Notes under the pieces: model-generated | Database searches by the model: none | Told to the model about the DNA's origin: nothing | The model's input: only the letters and a program-made list of their open reading frames with translations | Source of the DNA: the human T2T-CHM13v2.0 reference genome, Homo sapiens | DNA length: 64,000 nt | Reading direction: 5' to 3' (one strand) | Assembly (NCBI RefSeq): GCF_009914755.1 | Contig: NC_060933.1 | Shown here: piece after piece, positions 14,773 to 29,259 of the stretch | Position numbering within the stretch: the first letter of the stretch is position 1 | Layout: the number at the start of each line of letters is the position of its first letter | Program-made: the position numbers and the translations under genes

Positions 14773-15048
<276 letters not shown>

Positions 15049-15984
15049 CTACCGGGTGAGCCAGATCCGGTGGTTGGCCAGTCTGCTCAACAGGGAGCCT
15101 GAGCTAGGACTGTATTTCTTTCTCTAAATAGAATCAATAAAGGATTTGTGATGCATTTAATAGCCATTAGAAGACTAGAATTTGATTTGGTCTAATTACA
15201 CTATTGAAAAACCATCACCATTTATCCCCCAAGGCAACAACGGCCTGGAAGCACAGGGCTGGGTGATGTGAGTGGGTACCCGTGGGTGCCTTCGGGGATG
15301 AAGAACTTGGCTTTGGCCTCAAGATCTCTGCTCCTAAACATACACAATAAATGATCCCTCCTCAACAGGATGGACACCTTGCCTGTTGGTTCCATGGTGA
15401 CACATAGGTGTTTTGGCTGCAGAATTTCTGCTTCAATGTCATTGTGTTTTAAAAGCTCTATCTGGCTTTCTGTTTCCACAAGACTCTGAGTAACTGTGGG
15501 AGGCAGAAGCTACCTTCCTCTCCCTGCTGTGCCAGAACTGGCCTGGAACTGTGGGATTCCATTTCTCTATGTGACTGCAGAGGTGCGCTGCTCATTCTTC
15601 AAGAGCACAAGGAACTCGGGGGAACCCTGAGGGTTTCAGAGCAAATCCATCTTTCAGTCCTGTTTTAGTTTTAGCAGACATAGACTGGTTTGGGATGAGG
15701 GATTCAGGGACTCCCCCAGCTTCCTGCGAATCCCTCTTTCTTAGCTGCTATTTTAGGTCAGGTTTCTGCTGTGGAATTGTGAAACTTCAGGGCTTTTCTC
15801 TCCAGTAGGGGTATGTGGAATCAGCCGGATGTTACAAAGTAGCCAAGCCTGGGAATCTGGGAGCCCCACCAGGGTCCCAGTTATGCCTCTCTTCCCAGGA
15901 GACAAGCAGGAAAGGGGCAGATGTGGTAGCAGGGAGTGAGAACTCCCCTGAACATCTGGGTTTAAAACACTGCTAGCAAGTTCA

Positions 15985-16436
<452 letters not shown>

Positions 16437-18711
16437 TTAAGCAATTCCATGTAAACTAACATTTATAAGAAAAGTGGCATCAAGGGCCAAAAGTCTGGGC
16501 TAAAGCAGACACAAGGAGATGGAGGTAACATCATTTCTTGCTTCCAGATGGTGAAAGCTCACCATCTGGAAGCTTCTTCCACCTCTGTCCATCATCCTTC
16601 CCCAAACACCTGGCTCAGGTGCCTTCTGGCTACCAAATGCAAGAACAGTGCTGGGGCATCTGTGAGATCCTGGCTGGAAACAAGCCCTTCTATGGACACT
16701 GAGAAAGAAGACTGAGGTTTGGTTCACAGGTGATATGATCACTACTGGGTTTGGGGCCTATTGTATAGAAACAACTCCAGAAAATTGACAATAGACAAGA
16801 GAAAGTTGTCTCCTTCTTACTCCTTCTTCTGTTCCTGCAAAATGATGGCTCCACAAGGGGTATTAAGACTTTGTGGAAACCAAATGCTTGGTTTATCATG
16901 AGTATTAGTAACAGCAGAAGTCCTGAGTTTTCTTTCTCACTTTTCATCTGGTCCATTCATTCATTATTCATCCATTCATTGCCATTCACTCATTCATTCA
17001 TCATTAATGATGATTAATCACAATTAATAATCAACTCCCATCTGTCAGGCCTGAGACTGAGCACCAATGATACAAAGATGAAAAATACACTGTCCCTGCC
17101 TTCAGGGAACTTACACACTAGCCATAGGAAAAAAGAAAAAAGCACTAATAAGCAATCCTATTTATTGAATGCCTATGACAAGCTAAGCAAGATACAGAGA
17201 TTTTCCCACTTGATCCACCCAACAGCCTCAGGGGTAGTTAAGATTATTATCATTTGACAGAGGGGACAATGGTTTTCTAGGTGTTAAGTGGCTCTTACAG
17301 CTAGTAAGTGGCAGGATTTGAACTCAGATCTGCCTAACCCTGAAGCTTATGGTCTAACTACTACACAAACTGCTGCCCGTGACGCTGGGGTCCAGGTGAT
17401 GTGATAACATCAGACAGGAGGCCTGAGAGCGAGCAGGGAGCAGAGTGCAGTCCTGCCTGACGGGGTAAGGAAATGCTACAGAAAGGAGGTGACGAAGGAG
17501 CTGAGTCTCGAAGGATGAGTAGAGTAGTTGGCTGTTGGCCAGGAAGATGAGAAGGAAAGAGCATCCTGGGCAGAAGGCACAGCATGAGCCAAGGCCCAGT
17601 GGTGTTTCAGGACAGTTGAGGAACTGTAAGCAGTTTAGTTGGGGGGAATCTGAGAGAGGAGACAGAGAAGCGAGGAGGGGTCCCTTCATGGAGGCCTTGG
17701 GGCCACAGCTCAGAGTGAGGTCCCCTCGCTCTGAGCAGTGGGGACGTGCGGGGCTCTGAGCAGAGGTGGCATCTTAAGCCTGGCATGACAGCAAGGGCAC
17801 TTTGGCTGCTGAGGGCAGAATGGATTGAGGAGGGAAGGCTAGCACAGCTGTGAGAAGCCTCACTGGGGGCTAGTGTAGGGGTCCGAGTGAGCGGGGCTGA
17901 GAGCTGAACCCAGGCCAGGTGTGGATAGAAGGCCTGGGCTCTGCCCTGACCTGCCTGGGCTCTGTGTTCAGAGGCTGATTATTCACGGTCTTGGTAGTGG
18001 GGAAGGTCTGAGAAGCAGGAAGTATGCCTGGCACAGCGGCTTCCTGTGTTCTCTCAGCCTGGGGGCAGAGCCCGGGGCTGAAAGGCAGGGCCTGGGCATC
18101 ACCAATGAAGACCTGGTACCCTCTGACTGTTGTTTAGCCACTGTCCTGGCTACTGGTCCCTGCCCCACCAAATTCGTGTTTTTCCTGTAAGTTGTATTTT
18201 GTGTCTTTTATTTGTTTGGCGCTTGAATCTTTTCTTCAATTCGTAAACCCAGAGTCCTTGTTCAGTAAACCCTGATCTCCCCAGTCCGATAGCAGACATG
18301 CCGATCTTGGGGATCAGGGCTCTGGTGGTTACAACAGGCTGTGTGAATCTGGGGTGTCACCCTTGAGGTAATACTTGACGATATGTCTGGTGACAGCTCC
18401 CTCAGTTGGGATAGGGAGGCTCACCTGAGTGTGGAGACCATTCTGGTTCTCAGAGGCTGACTGGAGTTTTGCTTTGCAATGTTCTCAAGGCTGAATCCCT
18501 CAGGTCCAGTGGAAATATAGGAACATGACAGAGTCTAATCAAAGGGCCTGCGGAAGAGCCTTCTCTGGTGCCCTTGCTTTAAAGAAGGAACTTAAAAGCT
18601 CCTGGCACAGAAAGCCAGCTGTCCCAATTTCTGCTGACCCACTGGAATCAAAGTAACAATATGGATGTGGCAGCTTTCTCTATTGCTATTAAGTGACTAG
18701 ACTGTCTGTTT

Positions 18712-19447
18712 GTCCATCCGTCCATCCACTGTCCATCTGTCTACTCATCCACTCACCCTCCTATACATCTATCTATCCACTACCCATTCATCCATCCATC
18801 CACTTGATCAATTCATCCATCCATCTACACAGCCATCCATCTGTCCACCCATCTACCTGTCCATCTATCCACTCACCCACCCACCCAACCCACCCACCTA
18901 TCCATCTATCCATCCATCCGCCCATTCACACACCCATCCATGCATCCACCCATCCATCCATCCATCCATCCATCCATCCATCCATCCATCCACACACCCA
19001 CTCATCCACCCAACCATCCATCCATCCACTCATCCACTCATCCACCCAACCATCCATCCATCCACTCATCCACCAACCCATCCATCCATCCATCCATCCA
19101 TCTATCCATCCACTTGATCAATTCATCTATCCATCTACCCAGCCATCCATCTGTCCACCCATCTACCTGTCCATCTATCCACTCACCCACCCACCCACAT
19201 ACCTATCCATCTATCCATCCATCTGCCCATTCACACACCCATCCAGGCATCCACCCAACCATCCATCCATCCATCCATCCATCCACACACCCACTCATCC
19301 ACCCAACCATCCATCCATCCACTCATCCACCAGCCCAACCTTCCATCCATCCATCCATCCACACACCCACTCATCCACCCAACCATCCATCCATCCACTC
19401 ATCCACCAGCCCACCCACCCATCCATCCATCCACTTGATCAATTCAT
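18712..19447. repeat. (CCAT)n/(CCAC)n low-complexity array with higher-order duplication
   Basis: Degenerate CCAT tetramers. Marker cacttgatcaattcat recurs at ~18801, ~19111 and ~19432. Confidence 0.93.
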
Positions 19448-20019
19448 TTTGTCATTAAATACCACCAAGTCTCCAACATGCATCAGACCTTGGCTGGTGC
19501 CAGGAATTTAAAGTTAAATAGGATCCAGTCAGGGGCTCATAGCTGAATCACCTAGTAATATCAATGTAAAGTGACAGTGGCCATAAGAGAGGCAGAGAAG
19601 AAAGACTGGAAGCAAAGAGAAGGGAGTCATTAGCTCAGTTGGATGGCAATTAAGGAAGATCGCACAGAAGAGGTGTCATTTGAGCTGGTTATAGAAGCTG
19701 AAGAGGAGTTCTCTAGCAGAGGAGAAGAAATAATCTTCTAGGAAGAGCAGCAGATAGACAGGCCTTATTTCCAACCCAGTCAAACCCTTTGCCAGAGGAG
19801 AAGATAGACCTAAATTTAGCAGGGCTACATTTAAAAAGAATTACTCCTGGCCATCCAATGGTTTAAACACCTCAGTGTGCACTTCATACAAACTCTAGTG
19901 ACCCATGCCAGGTGCTGGAGCCCATACAAGTGATTGGAGCCCTGTGCTCAACGATTGAGTGCATGTGTTGAGGATGTTCCCTTGACCCCCTGAAGCCAAG
20001 GATGCTGAGCTTGTCCCTA

Positions 20020-20232
<213 letters not shown>

Positions 20233-23200
20233 CTATTCCAGGCTCTTGCTCCCCTCACAGGCCCTGGATATATTCTGGCAGGCTTCCCTTTCTCCAATGC
20301 CTCTTCTGGTTAGAATCACAAAACTTCTAACCTGATCTAGGCTGGAACATTCTCTTGCATTGTCTCTGTCTCATCAACTGGTTGTCCATCCTTTGCTTCA
20401 CACCTCAAAGATGGGGAGCCCAGGCTCCCTACAACTGTACTCTGTCTGGTACCAAGTTCTTCCTGGTCACTGAGCTGAAATGTTTCCCTGTAACATTCCC
20501 CCTGCTCAACTGGCTCTGCCCTCTAGAACCACACAGACCATTTTTGCTCCATCTTCCCTAGGATAGGCCCAGATACTTGAAGACAAAGACAGGTCAGTCT
20601 GCTGATACCACCCCCCAACTCCTCTTTACAGAACAGCACTTCAATCTCCCTGCTCCCCCACCCCAGCCCCTCCTTGGGCCACATTCCATAAAGTCAGTCT
20701 TTCTGTAGAGTGTAGATCCAAGGACTGACCAGTGCACTTTTGGCATGATTTGGTCAGCAGCAAGTAGAGGCCACCATCCCTTCCCTCATTCTGGAGTTCA
20801 CATTGCTATTATATGCATCCTTAGGTTGAATTTGCATCTTTCAGAAGCCACATTGCTCTGCTGTGTCATACTAAGCATAATCTCCCACTGCTCTTGGCTC
20901 CTTGCACTTGTTCAGTGTGTTTTTAAACCCAAGTGGTGCATTCAAATTTACTCTCAACCTTCTTACAGTTCTTGGTGTGTTTAGTTCATTGTTTTGGTCA
21001 TCGTCAAGGATAAAGATGATGAGGACTGGCCCAGAGTGGTGGCAGAAGAAATGGAAATGGGGATCAGATTTAAGCAAGGTTTCTTTTTTCCAGGTAAAAT
21101 CAGGACAACTGAGTGATCAAATGGGAGATGAAGAAGAGGGGGACCAAGGTCATCCAAGGTTCTGGTGGGGATGAGGAGTTTCAGTTCCCATCCCTGAGCA
21201 GAGAACCCAGGAGGGCTTCAAATACAAGGGGAAGAATAATGAGTTCCATCTTGGATGTGCTGAGCCTGGGATGCCTGTGGAGCATCAAGGCAGAGATGCT
21301 CTTGAGTCTAGAGCTGAGGGGAGAGGTGTGGCTGGGGGGCGAGCAGGAGTCATCGGCATGGAAGATGGGAATCGGAGTTGGAGGCAGGAATGAGACCCCC
21401 AGGGAAAGTGAGCCAAGTGAAAAGAGGAGAGGATCAAGTGCAGACTCTGGAGGAGCCCTGACCCCTGGGGTGGGCAGAGCAGAGACTGGGAAGGGGTGAC
21501 CAGGATGCAGGAGCAGGGTGTTGGGAGGGAGTGGGCATCTTAGAAGCCAAGGAAAGGCACACCTTCACCATGGAGCTGGCTGCAGTGTCACATGCCACAG
21601 AGAGGCTGGGAGAAGACCCTTGAGCAGGGTCTGAGGATCTGGCATCTGGGAGGATACCAGCGAACATGGATGAAGCAGATTTAGGGAAAGGTTGTGGTTA
21701 GAAGGATGGAGCAAGGGGCAGTGAGTTTGAGGGCAGGGATAGGGCCCCCAGGGAAGAGCAGGCTTGAGAATGGTGGGGAGCAGGTAGGAAGGGCTGGGGG
21801 TACTGACCGAGCCTCTATAGTGTGCTGGATCAGTGCTATTTTATGTACATTTTCTTGCCTAGCTAAAACAGTGTGTGGAGTAGGTGGTCTCAGTCCCACT
21901 TAAAGACAAGGAGACGGAGGCTCAGACAGCTTGTGGCTTTGCCTAGGGCCCCAGTGGTAATAAGAATAGAGGCCAGACTCAAACCCTGGACATTTTCCAT
22001 AGCCCATGCTCTTCCCTGACACGGGGGTGCCTTGATGGGATTCCTGAGAGGTGACAGTTTGTGCCGAGTGCCCACTTCATGGACCACCTGTGCCTCGTGA
22101 ATGTGGGAAGCACAAAGAGGAGGATTGTCCACCCATCCCCAGATGAAAGCCTCTGTGAAGTGCAGGCGGGTCCCTTCCAGAGCTGCAGACCCTGGCCAGC
22201 AAAATGCCTGGAGTTTATATAGGAATTCCAAGGCACACCCTGAGGAAGTGCCTCCTGGGGCTCTAGCTCTAAGGGAATTTCTTTGCAGAAATGCAGGTGC
22301 ACTGCTGGCCCTTAGAAACATTCAGAAAACAGAACAGGGAATCCCCTGGGCCACACTTCTGCCTGTGTTCCTCTGACCGTGGGTGGTGGAAACAGGGGCT
22401 GTAAAAGTCACTTCCTTCTCCCCACAAGGGTCCTCGCCATTTAGGGGGCATCACACTGCGCAAGCGGCTGTTGCTTACCTGGGTCACCCGGCCCCTAAAT
22501 GTCACATTAGCAGAATCTGCTGGGGGGCTCCAGCATCCCTGCTTTGGCCTTTTGAAGTCCTGAGCCCTGCAGATGCCCCAATCAGGTCCTGCTGCTCAGA
22601 GGAGGCCCTGATTTATTTATTTGAGGCAGGGAGGCAGCGCATGAAATATGCAGGTTGATCAGAATCAATCATCAAGAGTGGGGAATGGTGTGGCTGGCAC
22701 CCCACCGCACCCCGGCCACACAGCCTGCCCCTCTGACTCACATACGCTGCTGTATGCACCGTCCCATGGCACTGAAATAATACTCAGCTTCCCACCGACC
22801 GTAATCACCATAATCTCTCCCTGGGGGCAATGTTGGAGGCTCACAGGCGCTTCACAAGTTCCTGCATTTAATGCTCATGGCAAACCATGAATTGGGCATA
22901 ATTCATCCTGGTCTAAAGAGGCAGGAGGAGCCTCAAATAGGTTAAGTACCCACTCAGAGCCAAGTGCTCAGCAGCGACCCAGTGGGCAACTGAACATGGG
23001 TCTCCTAGTTCTGAATTCAGCATACTTTTACCCCCATACTGAGCAGGGCTGCCAATCATTCAGCCCACATTTGTTGAGTGCCTACTGCATGCCAGGCTCA
23101 GCTCATGGTATTTCATGATAAAGCATCTCTCAAAAGCAGCACTGCAGGTGGTGGGAAGTTAAAGTCATTCCCGTGTCCTCAAGCCAGGTGGCCTTGGACA

Positions 23201-24989
23201 TCCTGGATGCTGGAGAGATGTTGATACTAAATCCTCTAGTTTTATCATTTCATTCATTCATTCAACAAACATTACTGGACACCCATTACGTGCCAGGCTC
23301 TGGGCTAGGGGCCAGAGATACAGAGATTTTTTTTTTAAATCACAATTTCAGATCTTGCATGACTGTATCTGTAAACTGGGAACTTTAGAATTGATAAGAG
23401 GGTTAAAGACGAGAATATATGCCAAGTTCCTAGCTTGGAACCTAACTCACGGTAAGTGTCCAATAAATTACGGTTATTTTATTCATGATGAAAGTAACTG
23501 TGGGCTCTATGTGAAGTTCCCAAGAAATATCTTCATATTTTCTTCCTGCCATCTGTTCCTCACCATGGTTCCTCCACTTGGGAGGTGGCTTTCCCTCCCT
23601 TTAACAAGTTAACCTGTCCAAACCCTACCTGCCTCTTCCAGGAAGCCTTCCCTGAGTACTGTTCCTCCCCTCCCGGTGTCCTAGTTGCTGTGGACTCAGG
23701 GCTCTGTGCATGACAGCTCTTCACGTAGAAGCCATGTCCTGTGTGTGTCCAGGGCTTCTGATTCCTGCTGGCTAGCCTTGCTTCTGTTGTCCCAGGCAGT
23801 ATAAGGTCTCATCCCCTGCACTCTGCTCAGGGTGCCTCCTGGGTCTGCAGATGGAAGGACTGTGTCCCCTGTATTCTTGCATTCACCCACAGTCCAGCCA
23901 GGTGGTAGCCATGATAGGCACACAGCCCTCTCAGCTTTTAACTCTTGGGCTTGTTAACTCCACCGTGCAAACAAGGTCAACCGGTCTATATGTGGATATG
24001 TCTATATCCAGTCTGTATCCAATTTTATTTGGGGTGGGTGTAATAACTGCCAGGGGTAGACTTGTCTTCTCACTTGGTTCTGGCTCCAAATTGGGGGAGC
24101 CAGAATGTGTCCTTTAGAATTTGATTGTTGTTGAAAACACGCACACTGAGACACAATGTATAACTCTGGGGTATGAAACAAAAGATGATCTTGGCTCAAC
24201 AAAAATAAAAGATTCTATAAATGTACTCAATTCTAGGACCCACCCCCCAAACTCAGGCATAGAAAAGAGCTCTGAGCTAGAAGACAGGAGCCCCCAAGCT
24301 GGTGCTGGCTTTGCGGTCACTCTGAGTAGCCCTGGGGAAGTCCCATCCCCAACCTGGGTCTTGCTAAGTGAGGGGGCTGCATGGGAGATCTCTGTAGCCC
24401 CAAACTCCTGTTCAATGATGCTGCAATTGCTTGGAAAGGTCCTCCTCATTCCAAGCTAAAACCTGCTCTGTGTGACGTCCCCTCATGGGTCCTGGGTCTG
24501 TGCTGGGGCCCCAGATCACTTCGGCTCCTGCTCCTGACCATCCTTCAGACTTGGAATCTGGCAACCATGGGCCTCAACTCTGCTCTTCCCCAGGATGAAC
24601 AGCCATTTCTCAGGAAGTGATTTTTCACTTCCACCCCATCCCAATCTGCTCCCTCTCCCTCTCCCAGCATTACCTCTCAGCAGCATAGAACAGAGACAGA
24701 CTTTGTGCTCTACTGTCACAAACAATACGCTATTGCCATATTTTTCATAAGTTTAGTTAACTGACCTTTGTTTTGAGATTTTTAACAGGCTAGGTGGACA
24801 TTGGCCAAATACCCTGGGGTACAGTAACTGCCAGGGGTAGATGTGTCCATCGATCTAGGCAAACTGGCCCAAGGACAAGAGCTAAGTACCTGAGGGGACC
24901 CAGGTCATATGCAATAGGCTGTCTGCCCCAGGAGCACTTTTTCTCTTCTTCTTGGCAACCTCCCTCAGGTCCTTCAGAATTCATCTTGG

Positions 24990-25283
24990 GGCCGGGTGTA
25001 GTGGCTCATGCCTGTAATCCCAGCACTTTGGGAGGCCGAGGTGGGCAGATCATGAGGTCAGGAGTTGAAGACCAGCCTGGCCAACATGGTGAAACCCCGT
25101 CTCTACTAAAAATACTAAAATTAGCCAGGCACGGTGGCACGTGCCTGTAATCTTGGCTATTTGGGAGGCTGAGGCAGGAGAATTGCTTGAACCTGGGACG
25201 GATGTTGCAGTGGGCTGAGATTGTGCCACTGTACTCCAGCCTGGGTGACAAAGCAAGACTCCATCTCAAAAAAAAAAAAAAAA
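24990..25283 (+). mobile_element. AluSg-like, full length
   Basis: gatcatgaggtcaggagtt. Perfect TSD agaattcatcttgg at 24976-24989 and 25284-25297. Confidence 0.95.
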
Positions 25284-25589
25284 AGAATTCATCTTGGATG
25301 CCACTGCTCTCAGATATCCTTCCTAGATTCTGCCAGGTAGACCTGAGTGCCCTCCTCTGAATGCCCACAGCTGCCTGTGCCATCACTTATCACGCATCAC
25401 ACTTTGCTGTTGTCTGTGTCTACTCCTCATTGCACTGGATGGGCTGTGGGCTCCCTGAGGGCAAGGATTGCATCTTACCCTACTCAGCCCCACCAACCCC
25501 CATACCCAACCAGTGCCAGCCAGCACCTGGCAGGTAGGGGGTCACCTGCTAGGAGTGACAGGAAATAATTGTTGAGAAACTTCAAAAGC

Positions 25590-26700
25590 ACAAACCTTAG
25601 GACAAAAACCAAAAGGGTTTATCTACATCAAAATTAAGAACTTGAAGGCTCAACCAGGACTTGAAGGTAGTTTATAGACAAGTGACAGAATGGGAGAAGA
25701 TACTTGCAAAGCCTAAAGCCAATAAGGGATTGATATCTAGCTTATGTAAGGAACTTCTGCAGACCAACAAGAAAAAGACAGTAACTTCAAAATAAAAATG
25801 GTCAAAGGGCTGGGTGCGGTGGCTCACACCTGTGATCTCAGCACTTTGGGAGGCTGAGACAGCAGGAGGATCGCTTCAGGCCACGAGTTTGAGACCTGCT
25901 TGGGCAACATAGCGAGACTCCCACCTCCATGAAAAAAAAAAAAAAAAAAACCTAGCCAGGCATGGTGGTGCACGCCTGTAGTTCAGCTACTTGGGAGGCT
26001 GAGGAAGGAGGATGGCTTACACCTGGGAGTTCAAGGCTGCAATGAGCTATGATTGTGCCACTGTAGTACTCCACCCCAGGCAACAGAGGGAGACCCTGCC
26101 TTTTTTTTTTTTAAAAAAAAAAGAAAAAAAGAAAAGAAAAAAGATCAAAGGATCAGAACAGACAATTAACAAATGACTAATAAGCACAGAAAGAAATATC
26201 CAAACTCATTAGGAATCAGAGAAACGATACGTAAAGTCACAATATGATATTACTTTATACTTTTAGACCGTCAAAAAATGAGGGATCCAGGAAATCCCAA
26301 ATGTGGGTGGTAGGTAGGGACACAGGAATCCTCTGCCAGTGGGTGTGGATATGGGCAAGGCCATTCTGCAGAGCAACCTGGCAGGTTTTGGGCATGTTCA
26401 ATGTGCACACAGATTCTGACTCAGCAATTCTGCTCTTGGAAACCTGTCCTAAGGAAATTCCCAGTTGGGTCCATAAGGGAACATATATAAGGACATGTAT
26501 TATTTGTGAGGGTGGAGAGTTGAAAGTGACCTGGGTGTCCGTCCCAGGGGCCTGGATGGGTGAAGTGATGGATGCACCCCACCATGGCTCCTGCAGGGAG
26601 CAGGGAGGAGCCATGCCTAGAAGCACACCCAGGACCATGGAGATGTCTTTAGAAACAAAGTGTTGAGTGGAAAAAACAAAACAGAACAGAAAAGATACCT
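25590..26700 (+). mobile_element. Old L1M 3' fragment, interrupted by an AluJ
   Basis: tacatcaaaattaagaac...acagaatgggagaagatacttgca...gactcagcaattctgctcttggaaac resembles the L1 ORF2 3' region. Boundaries approximate. Confidence 0.65.
25808..26142 (+). mobile_element. AluJ-like, full length
   Basis: ggaggatcgctt, ggagttcaaggctgcaatgagctatgattg. TSD-like ggtcaaagg / gatcaaagg. Confidence 0.9.
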
Positions 26701-28399
26701 AAGCCAGTGGCACTGATGTACGGAGCAACACGCATCTTGCAAGCACACACACAAACACAATATGGGGTGTTTGCCTTTCCTTGGGGGAGGTAGGAGTGGG
26801 ATATGGGAATAAAGGAGGGAAATAAGGGGGATAAATGGACACACAAGAGGGACTTTCATGGACCAACGACAATGACTGCCCATGAAATGAGGTGTGCGAA
26901 TTGTGTCCTAAAGAAGCGCGACTGCACTTTTCTCAAGAAATTCCTCGGGGGAGAGTGTAAATCTGGGGTCACTGTTAAGAGTGCCCAAGAGAGAAGGAAG
27001 CCAACAGTTGTTATGACCCTTCTCTGTGCCAGTCCCCGAGACAGGAACATCACAGCCTCACATCATCAGGTTCTCAGTCACTCTCAAGGCAAGGAAAATG
27101 ATCATCTTTTATTTATTTACTTATTTTTAACTGAAATGAAGGCTCAAAGAGACTAAGCTTCTTTGCCTATCTGTCAATGATCAGGCATGTCTGCTTCAAG
27201 CCTATATACTTTCCACATGAGAGGGAATGAGTTCCCCATCACTGGAGGCATTCAAGCAGTGGGAATGTTGTATAAGAGAATCAGGGCTCCCTTCAACATG
27301 GAGAGTCGATGGCTCAATGAAACCCAATACCTGTAAAATATGCTGTCTTTTGGGCCACCTTTCTTAGGCTCCCTGAAAGGCAAATCCTGGAACATGAGGG
27401 CTGGGAGGTGTCGAGGCTAGGGTCAAGCTGGAAAAGAGTCCACATTTCCGTGTGTCCCCTGGTTCCTGCTTGTCCACAACCCTGCTGGTATATCCTGAAG
27501 GATTATGGACTATGACTCCACTCTTTAATTATATCAAGTTGAGTGACAGTCTGACGAAATGGCCTTTCCAGACCCATGACTTGGTGAAGCGAGCTACAAT
27601 TGCAGGCCTTGACAGAGGAAAAGGTTATTAAAAATCAGCCTCAAGAGTCTCAAAGTAGGGTCAAACTAGCCCTGAAAGTATTCTAGTAGGTTCTGGGAAA
27701 TAATCTTCCTGCTTTCATAAGCACTGGCATTCGGCCAGAGAGATTATGAAGCCCTGGAGGATCGGGGACTGTATCTTATTCAACTTGGTTTTCTCCAGAG
27801 GACTTGGTAAAGCGCCTGGCAGATGCTCAGGAAATGCGCACTGAATACAACCGTATCTGTTACCCTGAAGACCAAATGGTAATTAATGTCTGCAATTGGG
27901 AAGGACAAGTCTCCCTTTCACTAGGTACGTTCTGAATGACAATTATGTCGTTAGAGTGAAGGAAGACCCCTTCCCTTCAAATCAGGTGCCAAAATATAAA
28001 ACTCCAAAGCCTGAGCCCTTTATGTTGCATAGAAGCAGTGTGAAATTCAAGCACATTATCATTCCCCGAGATTCTTACAAATAGGCCTAATGAAGGCAGG
28101 GTCGGTGAGTTGGAGCGGCAGATGCTGAGTTTTCTCTAAGAACAGCATAAACAAGGCTCTAATCACGGCTTCACTCAACTTCCTTCCCTGCTGCAAATTC
28201 AGAGCCATGTTTAGACTTCGGCAGTAACATGGATACTTTTTTTCTCTTAAGGGGAAAAAAGCCAATTCTCTAGTATTCATCCTCATCTACACGTGGTGTC
28301 GTGAAAATCAGCCATGGCATCAGGGAGGAGCATGGAATCTGGAGATGAAAGGGGTTCAGGCCTGAGGTGTGTGCCCAACAGGATGCTAATACCTGCCTT

Positions 28400-28720
28400 A
28401 CCTACGGCCAAGGGTGGCTCCCTAAGAATAGCACCTGCCTGAGATGAGGGGAAGAAGGCATGCAGTTTATTTGGAAGGTGATCCTAGGATGCGCTGTTAG
28501 TGGTGTGGGGAAGTGAGGCAGGGAAGGGAGCCAGGACAAGGTGCATGAGTGAGCAGGTTTCTTTGTGGGCAACCGAGGCTCAGTCCTACTGTGGGAGCTC
28601 TGGGAAAAGAGCCAAACACACCTGGGAGTTGCCTCACCCAAGGGGAAAGGATGCTGGGGTATTTATCCTCCCCTTCTCATCCATCACTGACACAGGGCTG
28701 CTCCTGGAGGCGTTAACTCC
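28400..28720 (-). mobile_element. ERVL LTR16-like fragment
   Basis: gagatgagggg...catgcagtttatttggaaggtgatcctagg resembles the reverse complement of an LTR16 3' end. Confidence 0.5.
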
Positions 28721-28929
28721 CTGGATGGCTCATCGCACAGCTTGGACGGCCTATTCAATAATCCATCCTGGTAGATAAGGCACCTCTGAAACCCTTTACA
28801 TTTGGAAAACCAACTGTTGTGTTGATACGCATATGCCCCCTGCATTCTGGTGGCTCATTTCAGTCCTAAAATAACACAAGGTCCCTCTATTGGAGCAAGA
28901 GGATCAATGTCTGTTTAAAAAAACATGTA

Positions 28930-29259
<330 letters not shown>

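Noticed and set aside
18693-19511. Long His/Pro/Ser/Ile-rich ORFs (272, 135 and 172 aa)
   Set aside because: They are translations of the (CCAT)n array, which lacks stop codons by composition. No splice or promoter context.
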